DNA of 62,340 bases, filler included, from Pirum gemmata (lineage: Eukaryota): the NCBI GenBank assembly GCA_002812295.1. It is 16 parts of 16 records of this genome, joined end to end, with 100 filler letters (N's around TTAATTAATTAA, not from the genome) between each part and the next. Parts side by side here need not be neighbours in the genome. Positions count along the whole stretch, not along the records: positions 47,463 to 51,120 come from PDIN01002180.1; positions 51,221 to 54,878 come from PDIN01002181.1; positions 54,979 to 58,636 come from PDIN01002182.1; positions 58,737 to 62,340 come from PDIN01002184.1; 12 more parts are not named here. One strand, 5' to 3'. A model generated the notes under the pieces. It did no database searches and was not told where the DNA came from. It saw only the letters and a list, made by a program, of their open reading frames with translations. Positions 49,079 through 60,410 of the stretch are shown in pieces. The translations under genes were made by a program, and so were the position numbers. Within the stretch, counting starts at the first letter, position 1, and each line of letters begins with the position of its first letter.

Positions 49079-50974
49079 TTATTTTTGGTAATTGTTACAT
49101 TTTTTGTTTTTATCATAAATAATAGACGCTAATCTTTTGCTTGTCCTTTGTGGACTTTCTAGTGATTGAACAACATCTTGGAATACTTGGTAACTATGGT
49201 ACTTTAAAATACAAGCCAATACCTCATTACAAACATCAGGAGATAACATTTTAACTATTTTGACAAGAACTGGGATATTATTAATATCTATTTTCAATAC
49301 TTTATAAAATAGATCACAATGTGGCTGAGATAACTGATTAAAAATGTCAAGTAATACATGCATATCAACATCCCTATCTTTAGCATTGAACAGTCTAGCC
49401 ATAATTCTTATGTGATCACGTTGATCACTTGGTTCCAGATTAGAATTCATGTTGAAACTAACATTATCAATATTGAAAGTAATATCATAATAAGTTTCAA
49501 AGCGAGAATCTACCTTTACTACAGTTTTAAGTTTTTCATACCTTTCTTTTTCTTCTTGAGGGAAACAATTATGATCTTCTATTTCAATTTTCAAATACTC
49601 TAAGTATTTTTCCGAAAATAATTGCAGCTCCATTTTGTTAGTACAGCGCGAAATTACATCATCAAATACATATTGATACATAATATCATAACACTCATAT
49701 TTAAGTGTTTTACCAAAACCAAATTTGTCAATAACTTCACGATAAATACAAATAAAAAGATCCTTATTTAATTGTCCATACTTTTCATTCTCTTCGTCTG
49801 TACTATATTTTACTACAAATTCAAGATTTAAACTCTCATAAATACGATTCAAACAATCCCGATATACTTCTTCAAATTCACAAGAATTAAATATCTTCAA
49901 TTTGATATATTTGACCAACTTGTAATTCATGGTAAAAAATGTCTTTGCACTACAATTGCGATTAAATGATATGTATGACAGTTTTTCACATATAGGCTCG
50001 AAACATCTATATAAAAAATAATCACTAAAGCCATCTTCAAAAAAAAAATCAAATATTTTATCATGAAATGAAATACTGCAACTGTTTAAACAGTTTTTAA
50101 ATACATAAGATTGAACATTATAAATATTCATGTCATCATTATTTCGATATCCAATAATTAAATCTTCAGGATCACCATTGTAATATTGATCATCTTCACC
50201 TATCTTATAATTTTTTGAATGTACTTTCATCTCATCATATACCGGTTTAAACAATTGAAAAAACGAATCTAACGTTTCATTATGTTTTTCGTCATAACAC
50301 AAATAATTTAAAAACTTCAGGTACTTTCCTTGCAATGTAAATAATTTTTTTTTCATAAAAATAGCTTTATCTTTAGTGTTATTCCAAAAAAAAATTAAGG
50401 ACTCAATTGATTCTCCTGCTTTTAAGTTCATCAAAAAGCAATCTGAATAATAATCATCACCTACATGTTCATGTAAGTTTAAATAATCCAAATAATTTTT
50501 AAACAGTGAAAGTTTGTTAACCTTTAAAAAGTCAACTTGTTGTTCTATCGTAGCATGTTCTGTTAGAAAATCCAGTTGAATTCGAGTAACTTCAGACTTA
50601 GTGCATAACGCATCCACCATTTTGTCAACATGACCTAAAAAATTATCAACAAATATATTCATAATGTTCTTTCTTGATACACATAAAAAAAATCTATCGG
50701 AATATTCATATTTGCCATTCTTAAGTACAAATTTCAATACTTCCTCATCTTCATGTAATATGGCTTTAACCAAAGTATCATCGTCAAATAAGCAATAAGA
50801 AGGGTAAGATTTCGTTAAAAAAAGAAATATTTCCCGTTTACAAATTATATTTTTCACAGGATATTGAAATTGAAACTTAGTCACAGCTTCTTCAAATAAC
50901 AATTTAAAAGTATTGTAGCTTCTTTCATTTTCAAGTGAAGCATTTAATAAAGTAATAATATTTTGAGAATTCAT
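49079..50974 (-). CDS. Hypothetical 631-aa helical protein, possibly with degenerate ankyrin-like repeats
   Basis: Long intronless ORF rich in F/Y/K/N/I. The segment TLVKAILHEDEEVLKFVLKNG is ankyrin-like. Confidence 0.8.
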   Translation of the reverse strand: MNSQNIITLLNASLENERSYNTFKLLFEEAVTKFQFQYPVKNIICKREIFLFLTKSYPSYCLFDDDTLVKAILHEDEEVLKFVLKNGKYEYSDRFFLCVSRKNIMNIFVDNFLGHVDKMVDALCTKSEVTRIQLDFLTEHATIEQQVDFLKVNKLSLFKNYLDYLNLHEHVGDDYYSDCFLMNLKAGESIESLIFFWNNTKDKAIFMKKKLFTLQGKYLKFLNYLCYDEKHNETLDSFFQLFKPVYDEMKVHSKNYKIGEDDQYYNGDPEDLIIGYRNNDDMNIYNVQSYVFKNCLNSCSISFHDKIFDFFFEDGFSDYFLYRCFEPICEKLSYISFNRNCSAKTFFTMNYKLVKYIKLKIFNSCEFEEVYRDCLNRIYESLNLEFVVKYSTDEENEKYGQLNKDLFICIYREVIDKFGFGKTLKYECYDIMYQYVFDDVISRCTNKMELQLFSEKYLEYLKIEIEDHNCFPQEEKERYEKLKTVVKVDSRFETYYDITFNIDNVSFNMNSNLEPSDQRDHIRIMARLFNAKDRDVDMHVLLDIFNQLSQPHCDLFYKVLKIDINNIPVLVKIVKMLSPDVCNEVLACILKYHSYQVFQDVVQSLESPQRTSKRLASIIYDKNKKCNNYQK

Positions 50975-51220
50975 TATTAAAATTTTATCTATTTTTTTTC
51001 TATTTTTTTTCTAATCTATTTTTTTTCTATTTTTTTTTATCTATTTTTTTTTATCTATTTTTTTTTTCTATTTTTTTTATCTATTTTTTTTTTCTATTTT
51101 TTTTCTATTTTTTTTCTATTNNNNNNNNNNNNNNNNNNNNNNNNNNNNNNNNNNNNNNNNNNNNTTAATTAATTAANNNNNNNNNNNNNNNNNNNNNNNN
51201 NNNNNNNNNNNNNNNNNNNN

Positions 51221-52741
51221 CCTTCCATTGCATCCAACTAATATTGGGCGATCAATTAGAGCGTACTGCTGTTTCAAGTATTCCATCCAATAGGCAATTA
51301 GGAAATATTCTCAGTATTCCATCCAGTAGACATTTAGAGAAAAGTATCGACTGTCTTTCCTCTTATGCTCTTCTAACTCCTTCCATTGCATCCAACTAAT
51401 AATGGGCGATCAATTAGAGCCTACTGCTGTTTTCAAGTATTCCATCCAATAGGCAATTAGAAATATATATATATTTAGTATTCCATCCAGTAGACATTTA
51501 GAGAAAAGTATCGACTATCTTTCCTCTTATGCTCTTCTAACTCCTTCCATTGCATCCAACTAATATTGGGCGATCAATTAGAGCGTACTGCTGTTTCAAG
51601 TATTCCATCCAATAGGTAACTAGAAAGAAAAAATTATTCAAGTATTTCATCCAGTAGACGTATCGGCTATCTTTCCTTTTATTATCTTCTGAACTCCTTC
51701 AATTGCATCCAACTAACAATGAGCGATCAGTTAGAGTTTACTGCTGTTTTCGAGTATTCAATGAGCGATCAATTAGAGCTTACTACTGTTTTCGGGTATT
51801 CCATCCAATAGGCAACTAGAAAGAAAAAATTATTCAAGTATTCCATCCTGTAAGCATTGAGAGAAAAGTATCGACCATCTTTCCTCTTATGCTCTGAACT
51901 CCTTCGATTGCATCCAGCTAATAATAAGCGATTAATTAGAGCGTACTGCTGTTTTCAAGTATTCCATCCAATAAGCAACTAGAGAGAAAAACGTATTCAA
52001 ATATTCCATCCAGAAGGCATTTAGAGAAAAGTATCGACCATCTTTCCTCTTATGCTCTGAACTCCATCGATTGCATCCAGCTAATAATGAGCGATTAATT
52101 AGAGCGTACTGCTATTTTCAAGTATTCCATCCAATATGCAACTAGAGAGAAAACCGTATTATTCCATCGAGAAAAGTATCGACTATCTTTCTTCTTATGC
52201 TCTTCTTAACTCCTTCGAATACAATACATCTATTTAATAAAGAGCGGACAATTAGAGCGTACTGATGTGAAGTATTCCATCCAGTACACATCTAGAGGGA
52301 GAAAGGTATTAATCGTTTTTAAGTATTCCAACCAATACGCATCAGAGAAAAGTCGATTGCCTTGTCCCTTATGCTCATTGCTCTTCTGCACTTCACGGAT
52401 TGCATCCATCTAATAACGAACAGCCAATTAGAGTTAGAACTTACAGCTGTTTTCAAGTATTCTATCCAATAGTCATCTAAAGAAAAGTATCTATTGATTG
52501 AACTCCATTGATTCCACATGCATCTAGAGAAAAGTCGACTGTCTTCTCCCTTATGCTCATTGCTGTTCTGCACTCCACGGATTAAATCCATCTAATAACG
52601 AACAGCCAATTAGAACTTATAGCTGTTTTCTTTTTCAAGTATTCCATCCAGTAGTCATCTAAAGAAAAGCATCTATTGATTGAACTCCTTCGATTCCACA
52701 CATCATTAGATTTAGTGTACTGCTGTTTTCAAGTATTTCAA
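51221..52741. repeat. ~160-bp tandem satellite, left arm (degenerating toward 52741)
   Basis: Units begin ccttccattgcatccaactaat at 51221, 51379 and 51543 (158/164 bp). Each unit has two agtattccatcca sub-repeats. Confidence 0.92.
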
Positions 52742-53404
52742 ACAAACCACACTAATATATTATTGATAAGTACATGGTATATGTGTGTGTGTGTGTGTGA
52801 CCCTTTCTGTGTATTTGTTTTTTCTGATAGCAAAACAATTTTTTTCGTCTTTTATATTAGATTTTTATTTAAATCTTGTATTCCTAGGTACATTCTACAT
52901 TTCTGCGATCCACGCTATTCTAGCTGGGGTAGGAGTTTAATCCTAATATTGACTTGTGCGAAACATTGATATTTTTGATTTTAAAAGTAAATATTTAATT
53001 TGTATTTTCGGAATCGAATCACATGTTGCTTTTGTCATAAAAATTTAAAATTAAAGTAATATTTAACTTTCGATTTGGAATTTTTTCCAATCCAAAAAAT
53101 TGAAAATATAAGTAATATCATGAGATCTAAAATATGAGGCAAACGTGGTATATAACAATAAAAAATATTTTTTGCCTGAGGAAAGTTAAAAAATATTTTT
53201 TATAATTTAATTACCATATTTCAAAAAACATGATACTCACGACCAGTCGACCACTCTCATTACTTCCATATAAAGTAATATTATTATTAATAAAAAATAA
53301 AGTTTAACTTTCCTCACAATCCCTCACACATCACAGATGAAAATATTACTATAACGTCACCCACGTTTTCCTCATATACTTAAAGAGACTTCATATGGTA
53401 ATAT

Positions 53405-53845
53405 TTAATTTGTAATTTCAGAGTTAATCGAATCCCCTTGTTTAGTTATACAAAATTTAAAATGTTGCTCTAGAGCTCTAACATTTTGAAAGCGGTCACT
53501 AAAGCAGTTACTACAGCTATATTTTTCTATTTTTCTAGGAGCTAAAAGTAAACAATGATCATGTTTTTCGTTTTCGGTAAGTTCTTCAAACAAACAAATG
53601 GCACAACTTGGTTCATTGCTGTTACTGGCGTTGGCATTTGTAGTAGTAGAGTTTGTAGGAGTGTTATATTTTTTGCTGTTACTGTCATTGTTGTTTCTAA
53701 ACGAATTGGAAATATTCTTTTCTTTGTCAATATTGTCATTATAGTCATTATAGTCAATATTATTATTATTATTATTATTGTTATCATTATTATTATTGTT
53801 GTTGTTGTTGTTATTTTTATTTTTATTGTTATTGTTATTATATAT
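53405..53845 (-). CDS. Asn-rich open frame ending in two putative zinc-binding motifs (exon or gene remnant, no ATG)
   Basis: The frame of ORF 53405..53593 stays open to 53845: ...NEPSCAICLFEELTENEKHDHCLLLAPRKIEKYSCSNCFSDRFQNVRALEQHFKFC... (CxxC..HxHC and CxxC-x13-HxxxC). Confidence 0.5.
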   Translation of the reverse strand: MYNNNNNKNKNNNNNNNNNNDNNNNNNNNIDYNDYNDNIDKEKNISNSFRNNNDSNSKKYNTPTNSTTTNANASNSNEPSCAICLFEELTENEKHDHCLLLAPRKIEKYSCSNCFSDRFQNVRALEQHFKFCITKQGDSINSEITN

Positions 53846-54174
53846 TTATGGTTATGGTTGTAGTTGTGGTTATGGGTTCTGTACTGTATGATTATGATTA
53901 TAGATATGGCCATGATCACGGTTATGACTATTGATGTTTAATTGTTTTTAGTATTTATTACTTGTTTTTATTATTTGTTAAGCGTTTTATTGATTGTTTT
54001 TCTTTTTCGCTATTGCCCTTTTTATTTGTTTTTAATTTTACACACTGCTTGATATTTGTACTTCTGTGATGGTGTTCTACTATTGTTATTAAAACATGTA
54101 TATGTATATGGCCATTTAAATGGGGTGTAGTGCTTTGGTCGTATTAACTCTGAAAAATTTTATGGGCGGTTATC

Positions 54175-54878
54175 ATTCTATGAAGAGGCATCTAGAGAAA
54201 AGTATCGATTGTCTTTCCCCTTATGCTCTTCCAAACTCCTTCGATTGCATCCATCTATTAATGAACGGTCAATTAGAGCGTACTGCTGTTTTCAAGTATT
54301 CCATCCAATAGGCAATTAGTAAGAAAAAATTGTTTCAAGTATTCTATCCAGTAGACATTTAAAGAAAAGTATCGATAATAAGCGATCAAGTAGAGCCTAC
54401 TGCTGTTTTCAAGTATTCCATCCAATAGACAATTAAAAAATATATATATTCTTATTATTCCATCCAGTAGATATTTAGAGAAAATATCGACTATCTTTCC
54501 TCTTATGCTCTTCTAACTCCTTCCATTGCATCCAACTAATATTGGGCGATCAATTAGAGCGTACTGCTGTTTCAAGTATTCCATCCAATAGGCAATTAGG
54601 AAATATTCTCAGTATTCCATCCAGTAGACATTTAGAGAAAAGTATCGACTGTCTTTCCTCTTATGCTCTTCTAACTCCTTCCATTGCATCCAACTAATAA
54701 TGGGCGATCAATTAGAGCCTACTGCTGTTTTCAAGTATTCCATCCAATAGGCAATTAGAAATATATATATATTTAGTATTCCATCCAGTAGACATTTAGA
54801 GAAAAGTATCGACTATCTTTCCTCTTATGCTCTTCTAACTCCTTCCATTGCATCCAACTAATATTGGGCGATCAATTA
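54175..54878. repeat. ~160-bp tandem satellite, right arm (same family and orientation as 51221..52741)
   Basis: 54519..54878 matches 51221..51580 base for base by eye. Confidence 0.92.
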
Positions 54879-55333
54879 NNNNNNNNNNNNNNNNNNNNNN
54901 NNNNNNNNNNNNNNNNNNNNNNTTAATTAATTAANNNNNNNNNNNNNNNNNNNNNNNNNNNNNNNNNNNNNNNNNNNNTTATTATTATTATTATAGTTTT
55001 TGCTGGTAACCAAGTATTTTTAAAATTTCTAATTTTGAAATAGTAAATTTAGCTTAAGTCATCTATGATATTAATACTATGAGAGCTTCCATTATTGATA
55101 TTTCAGTTAATTCATTCATTCATTTATTCAAAAGGCTTAAGTGTCTTTACCTAGAAAAAATTTCCAACTAATTATTTGTTTTAGAACGACTTTTGGTAAT
55201 TTTAAACCAAACTTAATAGACACATATTAATAATGCATATTATTTCTAAAGCTAATCGCATTCGATATTTTTTCCATTCATCATTTCCGCACCAAAGTGT
55301 GAGCTTTACTGTTGATATTTCAATTTTATTTAT

Positions 55334-57016
55334 TCATTTATCCAAAAGGCTAAAAGTGTCTTTACCTAGAAAAAATATATCATTAATCATTTTCCCACTA
55401 ATTATTTGTTTTAGAACCACTTTTGGTAATGTTGAACCAAATTTAATAGACATATACTTATTAATAATAAATATTATTTCTAAAGCTAATCGCATTCGAT
55501 TTTTTTTTTCATTCATAATTTCCGCACCAAATTGATTTACTGCTTGAGAAAAGGTCATACTAATAATCCCAAATCTTAACATAGAAACACATGTAACGCC
55601 ATATTCCCTTAAAATTCCAAAATGCGGAATAATAAATTCGGCTTCAAATTCATCCGTGATACTATGTGAGCGTAATAAAGCGTTGAAAACAATTGTTAAG
55701 TTATCAAAAAAACTCTTATTATAGTCTTGATCATTATCTATATAAATAACAAACTCAAACATTACTTCTTTTAGAATTTCTAACACATTGATTCTGGAGT
55801 CATTAACTAATGTTGTAAGAGTTTTCTCTATTCTCTCTTTCTCATAAAAATGAACCATTGTATCATCGAGTATAAAACGAACTGCTCCTTTAATGGCTTC
55901 GTTATTATTATCTGCAGGGTTAACACGACTATCTTTCAATAAAATAGATATTGTTTCGATATTAAGATATGATGCCGCAACAATAAAAGCTTCATTGTTA
56001 TTAGCTCCAGGATTCAGGTGGGGATAAGTAAGAAGTACTTCGACCACAAAAGGAATTTCAATACTTTCCTCGTCCTCACTACAGCCAAAACAGACTTTAG
56101 TAAATAAATCATTTCCAAACGGTGACGTTCTCATACTTAAAATTTTTTTGATAATAACTTCATTATCCATATTTTCACCAAACCGTAGTACACGATCACA
56201 TGCTTTATTGATATCTTTCATTTTCCCACTATCACTTATCTTTTGCAAAACATTAATCTTATGATGCTCGCACGCTTCTCTAAACACACGCAAAAGAAAT
56301 GGTTCTTCACTATTAAAAAAACGCTCATCAACCAACCGGTCATCATTTATGAGTAAACCAATACAGTTTTCTTTACTAACATCGAAATTATTATACACAT
56401 TAACTAGTACTAGCTCATCCGAGTCATACGTATTTAATAAAAAAGAAGTCACATCAGCATTATCATAAAAAAGAGCTCTTAGTAGTAAATTACTCACTTC
56501 AAACAAGGATTTATCTATATAATTCAATAAATAAACTAGAATATCAAGTCGATTATGATACGCTAATAGACATTCAAAAAGAATATCAATGTTCTCTTTA
56601 TCTTGGTTAATATTTACTCGAACATCATTTATCAACATTTCTACAGTATCTTTATCACCTAATATACATGATACGAAGAAAGCTATATTTTTAAAACTAC
56701 TAGGGTCGAATTCTTTCTCCTTAATCGCAAATTCCAAGAGCTTTTTATTTAAACAAAAAACAGTTATTATAGCCTTAGGGCATATGTGATAACATTTATC
56801 AAAGATAAATTCAATAATATTATCATCTAACAATTGGGAAGATAATTTAGGATGGTTGAAAATATACTTTGCTGTTAAAAAAACTGGAACAAGACCCAAA
56901 GATACCAAATCAGAATTATTATGAGAATAATGAGAATAAATCCTTTGAAATTTTTTTATTACTGTTTTCAATACTTCATTTTCAATCGTATCATCAATAC
57001 GCACATCATTTAATAC
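55334..57016 (-). CDS. Ankyrin-repeat protein with F-box-like C-terminus; probably a terminal exon
   Basis: Repeats such as LNPGANNNEAFIVAASYLNIETISILLKDSRVNPADNNNEAIKGA and a C-terminal TLPKVVLKQIISGKMINDIFFL. There is no early ATG; the frame opens just after tatag| at 57016. Confidence 0.82.
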   Translation of the reverse strand, partial: VLNDVRIDDTIENEVLKTVIKKFQRIYSHYSHNNSDLVSLGLVPVFLTAKYIFNHPKLSSQLLDDNIIEFIFDKCYHICPKAIITVFCLNKKLLEFAIKEKEFDPSSFKNIAFFVSCILGDKDTVEMLINDVRVNINQDKENIDILFECLLAYHNRLDILVYLLNYIDKSLFEVSNLLLRALFYDNADVTSFLLNTYDSDELVLVNVYNNFDVSKENCIGLLINDDRLVDERFFNSEEPFLLRVFREACEHHKINVLQKISDSGKMKDINKACDRVLRFGENMDNEVIIKKILSMRTSPFGNDLFTKVCFGCSEDEESIEIPFVVEVLLTYPHLNPGANNNEAFIVAASYLNIETISILLKDSRVNPADNNNEAIKGAVRFILDDTMVHFYEKERIEKTLTTLVNDSRINVLEILKEVMFEFVIYIDNDQDYNKSFFDNLTIVFNALLRSHSITDEFEAEFIIPHFGILREYGVTCVSMLRFGIISMTFSQAVNQFGAEIMNEKKNRMRLALEIIFIINKYMSIKFGSTLPKVVLKQIISGKMINDIFFLGKDTFSLLDK

Positions 57017-57092
57017 CTATAGATTATTATAGATTATTACTGATTATTATCGATTATTATTGATTATTATTATATTGATTATTATTATATTG

Positions 57093-57153
<61 letters not shown>

Positions 57154-57380
57154 TGAGGAAAAGATATTTGTAAAAGGGTAGCGCAGCACGTTTTAAGCGA
57201 AAACTAGAACAGGCAAATAATAGTAATACCAAAAGTTAAAAAGAGAAAGTTGCTGATTTGTCTTATGAATAAAATATTTAATTATCGTAATTTTTCCAAG
57301 TTAATTTTGATATTGCTATTGTTGCTATAACGATAGCTGACTAAAAATAATATACACACAAAGGTTGTAGATAAAGCTTC

Positions 57381-57656
57381 CTAGCACACTGTTTCTACGT
57401 CAATGAAAACCTTTTCCGTGCTATCATCTTCAAAAATTAGGTCTGCTGGTATTTGTCCCTCCCTTAACTCCAAGTTTCTGCACATAAAGTCATAATCTTC
57501 TTTTTCGATAGCAAATGTAGAACCATTTATCTTCAAAGCCTTGGGTGCTGTTGGGTACTTACTATGCTCACCAATAATAACATAGCCATTACCATTGCCA
57601 ACGTTATCACCGCCAATTTGTGGCATCATGTTTCGAACCCCTTGTAATTTATTCAT
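57381..57656 (-). CDS. Small hypothetical protein (91 aa) or terminal exon
   Basis: Higher-GC, normal-complexity ORF in AT-rich flanks. Confidence 0.5.
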   Translation of the reverse strand: MNKLQGVRNMMPQIGGDNVGNGNGYVIIGEHSKYPTAPKALKINGSTFAIEKEDYDFMCRNLELREGQIPADLIFEDDSTEKVFIDVETVC

Positions 57657-59382
57657 CTTTGTATAAAGGACTAAATTATTTTTTTAAAAAAAAACTAAAC
57701 ACTTATTACCTTGAATGAAGATTGTTTATAACTTAGTGTTGTTTGGTTTGATTTTATATTTTGCAATGTTATGTTTTATGTTTTATGTTTTATGATTTAT
57801 GAAAACAAAACTAAAAACTTATTACCTTGAATGAAGATTGTTTATAACTTAGTTTGTTTTGACGCTCTTTTATATCATATATGCATATCGATAAAATTTA
57901 TGATATTAAATATTATCAGATATTACAAGGACTTCAAAAAAGAAATTATTTTGAAGTCCTTGGATAGTCTATTATTATCATAGCTATTATAGCTGCAGAT
58001 TATAGCTGCTATTATCATACTTCTTTTCTCTTCTTTTCTAAAGACTACATCGTGCTTTTCAAAATATAAAATAAAGAATACCAAATTAATACAACATAAA
58101 TCCATTTTATTTTATTTGGTATATTTTATTATCTATTTATTCATTTTAAAACATCAAATTAAATATTATAACTAGCCAAATAAATATTCAGAGTGACAAA
58201 ATAAATCAAAAGCACAGTAGACTAGTACTATATATAGCTACTATGGTGCAAACATAAAGTTCTACTTTTATGTATATATTTCAAAATGTCAAACCTATTA
58301 CACTACTTATATTCGAAAACTGAAAATTCTGGTGAAACGTAAAAATTGGACGTAGTAGCTACAATCGAAAAAGAAAACAAAGCTTTGGTTTAGCTTTGGC
58401 AGAAAGCTTTGTTCAAATACCCACCCCCCTACCTACCTACCCGTCGACGTTAATTTCTGGTAAAATACCACCTACCTAACCTACCCCTTGACGTGACGTA
58501 TTATTTAAATGCCCCCTTAGGTCTACTGGTATGATGTAATAATATCTAGTAGGTAGATTGTGCTTTTCATTTATTTTGTCACTCTGAATATTTATTTGGA
58601 TTGTTATAATATTCAAATTGATATTTTTATTATTATNNNNNNNNNNNNNNNNNNNNNNNNNNNNNNNNNNNNNNNNNNNNTTAATTAATTAANNNNNNNN
58701 NNNNNNNNNNNNNNNNNNNNNNNNNNNNNNNNNNNNGGGTTAGGGTTAGGGTTAGGGTTAGGGTTATAAACAGCCAAACCAGATAAAACTGTAGGAAATC
58801 TTTTTTTTTTTAGACTTCTTTTCTAAAAAATTACAAAACTAGCCAAATTATTTTTAAAAACTAGCCATTGACTCATAATAGCGTTTATACATAAAAACAA
58901 ATTGGTAGTACTTTTAGTAAAATTGGATCATTTTAAGATTTTTGGATTTTGAGCTCATATTGTATATAGCGGTTTTCGTCATTATTATCCGGCTTGGTAA
59001 AAAAATATATATATATATATTTGTTTATATATAAACAAACATTTTTTTAACAACCAAGTCGGATAAAACTGTAGAAATATATTTTTTTTTTTTTAAAAAA
59101 AACCTTTTAATTCAATAAATAGCCAAATAAATTTTAAAAACTAGCCATTGGTCATAAAAGAGTTTTTTTAGTTATATAATTTCTTTTTATTTGGTAGTAT
59201 TTGTATTTAAATTGCACCGTTTTGATATTTTTTGGAGTTTTGAGCTCATGTGGCGGATGTCTGGGAAATAAAATAAAATAAAATAAAAATAAATTTTAAT
59301 ACAATTACCATACCTTACACTATTATTTATTATTATTGGTGAATATATATATATATAAAAAAAAAATGAAAAAAAGCAATAA

Positions 59383-59432
<50 letters not shown>

Positions 59433-60410
59433 GTTGTTGTTGTTGTTTTTGTTGTTGTTATTGTTATTGTTATTGTTATTGTTGTATAATTATTGGTATA
59501 TATATTATCAACATTGTTATTAATATTGTTATTATTGTTGTTATTGTTATTAATTAATATTGTTATTAATATTGTTATTGTTATTATTATTATTGTTGTT
59601 GTTGTTATTGATATTGTTGTTTGTAACAATAATAATAACAATGTGTGTTAATTTAATACAATAACAATAACAATAACAATAGCAATAACAATAACATTTT
59701 ATTTATATAACAATAACATTTTTTGTTACTTTTTTAAAAAAAAAATATTGGTCAGTTTTTTTTAGTTTGTTGATTTTTTTAATTGGTTAATTTTTTTATC
59801 CAATAATAATTACGATTTTCACTTCGGAGTTTGGAGTGACCCATGATTAGGGCTGGGTTTGTTAAGGGTTAACCAGTTAGGAAGGTTAGCGTTAGCGTTA
59901 GGGTTAGCGTCGCCGTTGGGGTTAAGGTTCTGAAGGGTTGACTCGCAAGGTATCCTCAGATTCCTCACAGAAGTCTCTCAGACCACATATCATATATCAT
60001 ATCATCATAGTCCTCATAGTCGACTGGTATTAATTTTTTTTTTGTTTTTTGTTTTTTGTTTTTGCTATTGTTTTTTGTTTTTTGTTTTTTCTGTATTTTC
60101 TGTATCATAATTTTATATAAATAGATGAACCATAAACCGAAAAAACCGAAAAAACTGAAAAAAAGAATTAACTACAAAATACAAAATACAAAATAACAAA
60201 TAACAAAAATATAACATTTTTAATTAAAAAATTTGAATGCCATATATTAATCCATATTAGCATACTAATCCATATTTATAATACTCAAGCTCATTATATA
60301 GTATTATAGCAATACAAAGTTCGTTAACGTTATAACATTAGATATTAATTATTGATAATAATATTATCATTAATCTAGATTTACGTATACAGATATATAT
60401 TATTAAGAAA

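Noticed and set aside
52319..52591. ORFs within the satellite (also 54120..54311) as a repeat protein
   Set aside because: Unit lengths of 158 and 164 are not multiples of three, and most units contain stops.
51221..54878. CRISPR-like array (recurring AGTATTCCATCCA with variable intervals)
   Set aside because: The intervening sequences are homologous to each other rather than unique spacers, there are no cas genes, and the context is eukaryotic. It is a satellite.
57695..57855. Duplicated 22-nt microexons (ag|ttataaacaatcttcattcaag|gtaataag on the minus strand)
   Set aside because: The phase needed to join the 57381 ORF puts a TAA in frame, so I treat it as a local ~45-bp duplication.
47463..58636. 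One large 'viral island' (RING, helical protein, satellite, ankyrin gene)
   Set aside because: It spans three separate scaffolds joined by artificial spacers, and it has no capsid, polymerase, packaging ATPase or integrase gene.
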